Assembly: GCF_006345805.1 (NCBI RefSeq)
Contig: NC_043007.1
Coordinates: 46,190,001-46,254,000, forward strand
DNA length: 64,000 nt
Reading direction: 5' to 3'
From: Octopus sinensis
Taxonomy: Eukaryota
Part shown: one piece after another, positions 55,133 to 64,000 of the stretch
Numbering within the stretch: position 1 is the first letter of the stretch
Layout: the number at the start of each line of letters is the position of its first letter
Position numbers and translations under genes: made by a program
The notes under the pieces: model-generated
The model's database searches: none
The model's input: only the letters and a program-made list of their open reading frames with translations
Told to the model about the DNA's origin: nothing

Positions 55133-55811
55133 TTTTAGATCAACCTATGGGATGAATTCTTCTTGCATACCTGTACATACCTAATTATACAATTTGCTAT
55201 ATACGAGGTTTAGCCCAATTTCATTCCCTAGTTAGTTTCCATCGAACTACTGAATTACCAGTACTAGTTGCCTCTACTTAACCACTATCCCATAGATTTC
55301 CCTAATTCTTCCATCATGCATGTTATAACGTAAAGACGCTGAAGGATATAAACGGCCCCACACTATCTATCTTTTTCCTTTCCTTGTTTATTTTATAAAC
55401 AAATATTTTGTAACGGTTTTAACTCGTGACCCTGGTTCAAATTGTAACTGACCAATTGTAGAGACCGTTTGACTTAGACTTAAGAAACCTACGATAATTG
55501 TTTACTTTTACTTGAGTATACTCCGGTAGCATAGGTACAGCCCTTTGATAGTCATATTAGTATTTTCTTTATATATAGTTTCTTGATAACTTCTTTTTTT
55601 AATGATCCTGAACCCTCCTTCTAATTGCACCAACCCGCTAATAAATTGTAATATTCCCTACACCCTTACAAGCTCACTCAATTACCTACCGACCTTGCAC
55701 CCTCTGATGGTAAATTATATGCTCTTAACATATTGGGCTTCTAGACTATTTCTCTAAGCCATGTTTTCGTTCCTTTTTCTTCTTCCTTTTGTTTCTATTG
55801 TTTGCTCTTGC

Positions 55812-55859
55812 TTTTCACTGATGAAGATCCGTTGCTTTAATTCGAATGCCCTATGAAAA
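55812..55859 (+). ncRNA. Decayed hammerhead-like motif inside the PLE remnant
   Basis: ttttca-CTGATGA...tc-GAAT-gccc-TA-tgaaaa: 6-bp stem I intact, GAAA mutated, stems II and III poor. Confidence 0.35.
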
Positions 55860-56411
55860 TGAAGAACTTTATTCTCGCATTTATTTATTTATAGACTGCA
55901 TTTTGGCAATCCAATCAGTAACGGCCGTAAGATATGTTAGGTCACCTATTTTTTTATGTCATGCTTTGTATTAAAAAATAAGCTTTAAATGTGATCCAAT
56001 CGATGCGTTTGTTAATCTATGGTTTTCTCCATTTTCTAATTATTTGCATTGGTTCCTAATAAACTCCTGTTGATCCTGTTGTTTTTTCCACTCTACAGGT
56101 AACGGATACCGATAGTAGATACGGATATTTTATCCCCTAGTCGGTTACTAGAACCGTTAACTCTGTTTACATAGATTTATATGTGTGTGTATGTACATGT
56201 ATATATATATATATATGCACTTTTTGTGTTTTACGCACACACACACTAAATTATTATTAATATATTTTAATATATATATATATGTTCGTGTGTGTGTGTG
56301 TGTATGTGTGTGTGTGTGTAAAGCGGTGCTCCGGCATGGGTGCAGTCAAGTGACTGAAATATGGAAAAGAAAAAAGAATATGTATATGCGCGCGCTCGCG
56401 TTGTGTGAGTG

Positions 56412-57332
56412 TATACGAGATGGTAGCGAGGCGTTCCTGGATTAATTCTATAGCGCGACAACAAATTGCAGCACACGGTTGCGTGCCCAGTGAGAGTAGT
56501 AACCTTCATAAATGTGTCAAGTGACAACGCTGTTTCCTTCGCAAGTTATGAAATTTGTGTTTTCGTGATCACGTGTATGCTCTAGGCTGTGATTTTGTTA
56601 TGGACAAAAGAACATCACGTTGAAGTCTGCCCAGATCTCCATCAACGTGCAGCTGGTGACTCATATCTCAAGTCGAGCATCGCCCCCTGGGTCGAGAGTT
56701 GAATCGAGGAGTACGACCCTGAGACGAAGCAGCAGTCGTCACAATAGAAGAAGCCTCCATCTTCACAACCGAAGAGGCACGATAGAGCTGCAGCTCAATG
56801 AAGATCATTCTCATAGTTTTTTCGACATATGCGGCTTTTGTGCATTGAGAATTGTCCCCCCTCCCCACCGTTAATCGGGAGTTCTACAGCGACTATTTGA
56901 AGATTTGAGGAAGGATATTCAGCAAATGCAACTGGATCTGTGGTGAGCGAAGAATTAGGTGGACTTTTAATACGACAATTCACCCTGTCACCGAGCTCAC
57001 CTCACTCGTGAGTTACTCAACAAAAACAGCGTTATATCACGTCCGCACCCGTTGTACTTCACAGATGTAGCACTGGCGGACTTTCATCTCTTCCCCTAGA
57101 TGTTAAAGCAGCGCAAAAGTCGCCCTTTTAACACCGTTGTTGAGATCCAGTACGAATCGCAGAATGTCCTTTACTCGGTTACTGAAAATAATTTCCAGGC
57201 CCAATTCCGAAAGTGGCAGGAACGGTGTAACAGTGCGCAAGAAAACTAATTCAAAAGAGATGTTCTTAAAACTTTGGTAGATAACTAATCCTGGAACATT
57301 TTGATATCACTCACCTAGTAAATATAAATGTA
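56412..57332 (+). mobile_element. mariner element, internally deleted and degenerate
   Basis: KEHHVEVCPDLHQRA...EEYDPETKQQSSQ, TVNREFYSD, and a ccgttgtacttcacagatgtagcactggcggactttcatctcttccc remnant of PYSPDLAPADFHLFP; ends share gttcc(t/a)ggatta as inverted repeats. Confidence 0.7.
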
Positions 57333-57552
57333 CATATAAACACATTTAATATTTATATTTTAGGAATGCATATTCTTATATTCACAATACATGCACATGA
57401 GTTTCTGTTCACATATAAGAATATGTTATCATTATCAACTTGCTGATCATATCGAATTCTGTTTCCTTTCTATTATTAACAGTGTTTTCCGCACAAATGT
57501 CAGATCTCATTTATTCTAAGACATGTCAACTCACATATCTATAAATGTATAT

Positions 57553-58192
57553 ATAATTAATCAATATAGGGTGGCAAAAAATTTCGCAGAATTTTTTTTT
57601 TTTACCACCAGCGGCCTAGTGGGAAAAAATTAAATAGTCATAGACCATTTATAAATTCAACAGCACAATCAAGGAAAGGCCATAATAGGCCATTCACCCA
57701 CTAGAAATAACAGCCAAGGCTTCAACCGCAAAACAACATTAATTCCGTAAACCAGGAGAAAATTAAAAAAAACATTTACCCTGTAATTCTTTATACGATG
57801 CACCGTTTCGTCTATTGTTTAATGGTAAACTAACCTGATTAAATTAAATCAAGCTAGTCTTCCATAGGCCGATAGATTCATCAGTAAAGAACGGCCAGAT
57901 CGGAGCAGATATTTACACGAGGCACTTCCATCACTGTCTCGGCAATATCTGACCTAAAATTTTCAAATAATCGCACTCGCACCAAATTTATCGGCAGCAA
58001 ATATAAGCCGCCGATTCCATTACGGAATTAACCAGAAAATTCATAATTAATCAATATAGGGTGGCAAAACATTTCGCAGAAATTTTTTTTTTTTTTTGCC
58101 ACCAGCGGCCTAGTGGGAAAAAATTAAATAGTCATAGACCATTGATAAATTCAACAGCAAAATCAAGGAACGGCCATAATAGGCCATTCACC
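57553..58192 (+). repeat. ~150-bp direct repeats 490 bp apart
   Basis: 57553-57699 vs 58043-58192, ~93% identical; sub-motif AGGCCATAATAGGCCATTCACC occurs a third time near 58265. Confidence 0.85.
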
Positions 58193-58203
58193 TATTAGGT
58201 GGA

Positions 58204-58464
58204 CTTATTTAGTTCTGGTAGTGTAACAGTAGGAGATAGGGAAATCAACAGCCCAATCAATGAAAGGCCATAATAGGCCATTCACCCATTCCGCACTTAT
58301 CACTAATCATGTTTTACTATTGCTATTTTCTGTAACTATTTCGGAGATCCATTATACAAATCCTTCTCTGGTCACTCATATGATGCTATTTTCATTTCTG
58401 ATTGTCGACATTTATGTTTTTGATTTCTTTATCTCCTACTGTTACACTACCAGAACTAAATAAG
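58204..58464. mobile_element. MITE-like 261-bp segment with 35-bp perfect inverted repeats
   Basis: CTTATTTAGTTCTGGTAGTGTAACAGTAGGAGATA at 58204-58238 and its exact reverse complement at 58430-58464; no clear TSD. Confidence 0.6.
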
Positions 58465-58585
58465 ATTTTCTCACTATTACTTACTTAGGTGGTCATATCT
58501 AATTTTGTAAATTCGACACAATTATTATAGTCATTATTAAATGAGAGAACAGTGCATGCCATCAAAGTGACACTGGGGTAAAATA

Positions 58586-58710
58586 TACGAAGCCCAGTAT
58601 ACCCTTCATGACTACCCGTCTGATAAGGGTACATCAGGTACATGCATCACAACCATATGTGGTGTACTCTTATAAGATGGGTAATCATGGTGAGTATACT
58701 GGGCTTCGTA
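58586..58710. repeat. Imperfect palindrome (48-bp arms)
   Basis: tacgaagcccagtatac...ataagggtaca (58586-58633) vs 58663-58710, ~80% identical. Confidence 0.75.
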
Positions 58711-58758
58711 CTATTACCTAAATGGGTGATCATATCTAATTTTTTAATTCCCCACAAC

Positions 58759-58759
<1 letters not shown>

Positions 58760-58813
<54 letters not shown>

Positions 58814-58861
58814 TTATTATTATTATTATTATTATTATCATTATTATTATTATTATTATTG
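58760..58861. repeat. (TTA)n microsatellite = (TAA)n tail or target of the adjacent LINE
   Basis: Read directly. Confidence 0.95.
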
Positions 58862-59680
58862 CATTTGCACAGCTTCTAACGCTGGAGATGCCAGCTGTTC
58901 ACTACCAGAGAACTAAGGCAACACCTCTTACTATTAGAGCACCTTCCGGAGTATTCGAGAGGTTCCAAGCAGTGCTGTTTTCTGCAAGTGCTCCACCCTT
59001 ATTGCAGCCCCTATTTGTTTCACGTACTTCTTGAGATCTTTGCTCACTGTTCCCAGGACTCCGACAATTATTGGTACTACTGTTATCTTTTTCATCGACC
59101 ACAACTGCTTAACTTCCTGAGCAAACCTCTCATATCCCTCGACTTTTCTTTCTTCTTTATCGCATACCTTGTTGTCAGCTGGGCATACTGTATCTATGAT
59201 CAAGCATAGTTTGTTTTCTTTCTAAATTAAGACTAAGTCCGACTTCCTATTCTCTATCTTATGGTCGCACTGAATCATAAAATCCCATAGGATCTTTGCA
59301 TTTCTATTTTCGACGATACCTTCAGGTTTGTGGTCGTACCAAATTTTTGCTCTCTCAAGTCCATACTTGTTGCAAAGTGTCTAATGGGCAATCCTGGCTA
59401 TATTGCCGTGGCGTTTCTTATATTTCTTCTGGGCTTGTGGCGTACATTAGTTGGTAATATGCCATACGATTTCACCGTTTTGTCCACAGATTCCGCACTT
59501 ATCACTTTCTGCTGTGTTGTCTACTCTGTATTTTACGTAGTTTGTTCTTAGTGCTTGATATTGGGCAGCACAGATGAGAGCCTCTATTTCAGGTTTTAAA
59601 TCACTTTTAGTCATCCACAGCCATCTTATTTCTCTGTCTGTCTCATCTTCAACATACCTATGAAATTGACCAGTAAGCTA
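58862..59680 (-). mobile_element. R4/Dong-like (RLE) LINE, 5'-truncated 3' end
   Basis: GQFHR...WLWMTKSDLKPEIEALICAAQYQALRTN...KCGICGQNGEIVWHI (CCHC)...ILWDFMIQCDHKIENRKSDLV...IIDTVCP...PIIVGVLG...LQKTALLGTSRILRKVL*. Confidence 0.88.
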
Positions 59681-60441
59681 ACAGCAAAATATTAAGAAAC
59701 TATATCAGAAACCTTTTTTGGAATCCTCCAAATTAATGTTAGAAATTCACACGATTGACGTAGAGCATGTTTCTCATGCGCAGCATGAAATCAATTGATA
59801 TCGGGATATGTATTAGCTGTCTTCATATTCCATCCTAAAGGTAGGCTTATTTAAAACAAATATTCTTTATATTGCTCGTGTGTGTATTTATCGTATATTT
59901 GGTTTTTTTAAAGCTTTCGCTTTGATTTTATCAAGCGATATCTTTGCCCTTCTTTTCTTCAAAGATTTTATATTATACCTGTACGTGTAGACGTCTTGCT
60001 AGCTACCTCATTATTATTGTTTTTAACAATAATAAAACTTCACCTATTTACTTTTTTATTGTTTGCGATAGGTTTTCTCTTTAAACGGAGTGGGACTTTA
60101 ATGTTAGAAACGCACACGAGTTGGCGTCATGAATATTTTAGAAACAGATGACAAATACTATTTCCAACTGACGATTGCAGAGCATGTTTCCTCATGCACA
60201 GCATGGAATCAATTGATATTGGGATATGTATTAGCTGCTTTCATATCCCATCGTAAAAGTAGGCCTATATTGTAAATTATTCATTACATTGCTCGTGTGT
60301 GTCTTTATCGTAGAACTGGTGTTTCTTTTAAAAATCTCTCGCTTTGATTTTTAGTAAGTGGTATCTTTACACTTCATTTCTTCAAATATTTTACATACAT
60401 ATATGTATATATATATGTATATGTATGTGTGTGTATATATA

Positions 60442-60543
<102 letters not shown>

Positions 60544-62839
60544 GCACACGCATATATGTGTGTGCATGTATGCATGAGTGTTTGTGTTCGAGTTTTTATG
60601 CCATCTCCACCATTTTTTACTGTTATTGTTTTTGTTGCTTCGTTTATGTCTCCGTAACCCAGCAGTGTAGCAATGTAGACCGATAAAATATGTATGAGTC
60701 GAAATCTGTGGCGCAGTATGTTGAAGTACAATGACTCAAACACGTATTCCGGAGCACATTGAATATATGACACGTAACATTTAGTTTATAGTTTTATATC
60801 GCTTTCACCCGATTTACATTCTGTGTTGAAATTACACCACGGTCAATTTTATGTTTAATATTTCTGGGCAACATGAAGAAGGTACCAGTTAACCACTGGT
60901 GGTGGGGCAATCCTGTAGCCTCCTACACCACGAAAAATTTAACGCCTTGTTCCTATAGAAGAAAATATGTTAATATCGTTGATTAATATCAAGTCTGCTC
61001 TCAAGTGTTGTTCAGTAAGCATACATCTCCCTGCTATGATGAGTTTCTCTTTTCTGCAGACATTGAATATCCTAAACGAAATGTTAACGCGATACATGAT
61101 GAATATTTCTGATATTGTATGAGGTACAGTTTTCACATTATTCTGCAATGTTGGCGCGAAATGCAATAATGGAATAATACTTTAAATTGTTCGTGTATTG
61201 AGAGACATTTGTAATTCAAATCTCTCCTATATTTTCCACATAATTTCGCTTTCCTGTGTGCAGAATGTTATAAAACCATAGAAAACAGGAAAATGCTGAA
61301 ATAAGTTATGACTAAGTTTACGAACTCTAAATTATGTATCTTTAGCAAGGAAAGAATTAACTGTAATCCACTGTTATATCATTTTACTTTCAGATCTTTT
61401 CGCTTATTTCTCTTTCTGAAAATGAACCAGAAAATTGTTAAGATTTATTTTTTCAGCTCCTTACGTGCCTGAACTGCAAGTGATGAAATTTACAAGCGTT
61501 TGTGATAATGAAATGCAAGAACCAGAACATATTTCCACATATAGAAATTAGTACATATATATCACTGAATTGAATTAGAATTGCAATAACTTTTTTTACT
61601 TGCCAGTCACAATTTCTGATCACTGTGCAATTAAGATGAAAGATTCCAAACTGGTTCGTGAAGTTTAATATGCTTAGATATTAGTGTAAAGTATGTTTCC
61701 GTTTCCATGTAATGTTTCCATTTCCATTTAACTGTTTCCATTTAATAATAACGTAACACACCATATTGCTTACCTGCTAACGAAGCTGACGTAAACTGAT
61801 CAAGATGAAAGTAGTCTGTAGGAACATTAAGTTCTCAATTCATATGTAGAAAGTATGATAATATAAAGCGCTGAAAATCGAAAAGAATATTAATAATAAA
61901 TTCAAGTAAAAAGCAACGTTGTCCTAATTTTCTACATCGAGATTGAGCGATGAATGACGGATTCAGTGTTCGTAGTCGATGGAGTGTTACGTTACGAAAA
62001 CGTTTTTTCTCACGTTCTGATGACGTCATTGATAGTGCAGTAGTGTGTTTTTCTCTCATGTTGCGTAACTGGAGAATTTATCTCCCCAAGCAGATTCCGC
62101 TGCAAATATTTTACCACGTTTGAGTGTACACGAATGTCATGTATTAAACACCATCTCTATTTCAATCAACACTACTTAGTGCGTCACTAGTTAATAGTCC
62201 ATACCAAGATGTGACAAACAAGACGGAGGTAGGTCAATGTTCTACGGTAAATTAAAAGCAATTTATGTGCTCATGTTCAATAAAACTTTCATCAGTTTTT
62301 TAACATCAAATAAACCAGCAACATGTGTGACACAATGTACAAATACATTAAATTTTGTTAGTCAGGTTGTAGACAGTACGAAAGCAGCATATTAGTGCCA
62401 TTAAAATACCAAATATCCAACACCAATGAAAGATGAAGAGATTTCAATATATATATATATATATAAACGTACACACACAGACATAAGTATACATACTTAC
62501 GTTCATGCATATACAAACATACGTACATCTGTGTATGTGGTGTGTGTGTGTATCTATACACACACACACGAAATAGTTTCTAATTTCTTATCTTTAACCT
62601 TTATACCGATATAACTTGCTAATAAATTTTTTCTGCTGTTAGAGCACTGCAGTGTGTTGTCCTCATGAGGTTCACGGTTATTTGATCCTTTTATTACTGC
62701 TGCAGAAACAACCCCATTCTGTTTCATAGAAATCAAAATTTATATCAAATTAGATGGCAGGAAACAATAAATCTATATATCCCGTGTTATTGGATCCATG
62801 ATAAAAAAAATATATCTTTCGTCTAACGTAATTCTTTTA

Positions 62840-63178
62840 TTATTTTATTTGTTTCAGCCATTTCACTGCAGCCTCCTGGAGCACCGCCTTTAGTCGAACA
62901 AATAGATCTCAGAACTTATCCATTGCAAGCCTAGTAATTGTTCTATCGGTCACTTTTGCCAACATTGGTTGTCAAGCGATGGTAGTGGTGGTGAGGGGCA
63001 AGAACAGACACACAAACATATACACATATATATATATATATACGGCCGGCTTTGGCCCGATGCTATAGTAGAAGTCATTTGCCCAAGGTGCCGCGCAATG
63101 CGACTGAACCTAGAACCATATGGTTGGTAAGCTACTTACCAAACAGCCACTCCTGCGCCTACAGCCACTCCTGCGCCT
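62840..63178 (-). mobile_element. SINE family B, internally deleted, with tandemly repeated head
   Basis: The reverse complement matches the head and tail of 41907-42323. Confidence 0.8.
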
Positions 63179-63784
63179 ACAGCCACAGTGTCTATAAGCC
63201 ACTCCTGCGGCCCTATGTATTAGAAGCAAAAATTATTTTCTATTATGTAAACTATTACTTTTAAAACAATATACTTTAGATCAACATCAAGTATATCTTA
63301 GGTTTCTAATTCGTTGTGTTATGCATGTAAACACACCGAAACCAAATTAGCATATAAATTTCAGTTATGTACTTGTAAAACCATTGGTTGAAACGCTAAC
63401 TTTATATATTCTTCGCTGGAATAAGGACACAGGATATCCATACAATAATTGGTAGTCAATGAATCGTGAGGCATGACGAGCTATTATACATAATTTTTCT
63501 GTGAGAGAAGTGTTTAACAAGGTGTAGTATACAATATGCTTAAATTTTTTCGAAAACACATTCAGTAGTCAAATTTAGATATTGTATGTCATTGTTAAGT
63601 TTCTAGTAAGAGACTTATTATATGCATATTATTTGCGTATACACACGGACACGCACGCACATATACAGATGTATACATATATATATACATATATACATAC
63701 ATACAACATACATACACACACACGCATACACACACACATATATATATATATACACGTGTGTGTGTGTGTTTGTGGGTGTCAGTG

Positions 63785-63917
63785 TGTATAAGGTGAGTTT
63801 CATCGTCGCGAACGATAAATGAGGGTGTATGTGCTTTCGGTATAGCGTCCAAAATTGAGCTCCGTAAAGCAATGATGTCAGAACCATCGTATTGTGTATA
63901 TCGACTTTCACCTTCAA
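63785..63917 (-). mobile_element. RTE-like LINE micro-fragment
   Basis: KVDIHNTMVLTSLLYGAQFWTLYRKHI resembles RTE K..VY.TMVL.SLLYG.ETWTLY.KHI. Confidence 0.6.
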
Positions 63918-64000
63918 CTATACGTCGTGGCTGTTCTTCAACTATATATATATGTATGGATGTATATATATATATATAATATATATATATATATACATAT

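Larger units (their letters stand above)
53851..56042. mobile_element. Inverted (tail-to-tail) Penelope-like remnant bounded by 31-bp inverted repeats
   Basis: IR at 53851-53881 / 56012-56042 (30/31 match). + strand 53930-54310 encodes INYLDVNWDLNMGLQQPYIKPNSNLKYINYQSNHPQSVKRALIRGISKRISYL (PLE RT thumb); the remainder is degenerate. Confidence 0.65.

Noticed and set aside
57369-57425. 13-bp inverted repeat as a pre-miRNA
   Set aside because: The AT-only stem does not extend and is expected by chance in this composition.
61745-62030. CRE palindrome TGACGTCA (62021-62028) and a 14-bp inverted repeat (about 61750 / 61981)
   Set aside because: Short motifs expected by chance in 64 kb, with no supporting gene context.
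63143-63214. CRISPR-like direct repeats
   Set aside because: There are no spacers, the repeats are SINE head copies, and the context is eukaryotic.

Overview
AT-rich, microsatellite-dense animal genomic DNA. The repeat families look like those of an octopod cephalopod (Octopus-like); this is an inference, not a database match. I recognise no host protein-coding gene, tRNA, rRNA or CRISPR array in the 64 kb, and most track ORFs are microsatellite artefacts. The window is a transposon graveyard: two R4/Dong-like (RLE) LINE 3' ends, RTE and CR1 LINE pieces, several Penelope-like element (PLE) remnants, four mariner loci, a pogo/Tigger fragment, Helentron-like non-autonomous pieces and at least three tRNA-derived SINE families (A/B/C are my own labels). 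The most interesting signals are: (1) a ~99% identical 586-bp tandem unit at 14952-16080 in which each copy carries an intact type I hammerhead ribozyme (retrozyme/circRNA-like); (2) further hammerhead-like motifs from other families; (3) a 2.3-kb foldback structure around a GIY-YIG ORF at 48236-50526; (4) a dimeric SINE shown by its own target-site duplications (TSDs) to move as one unit. Identities and GC values are estimated by eye, and boundaries of degenerate elements are approximate.
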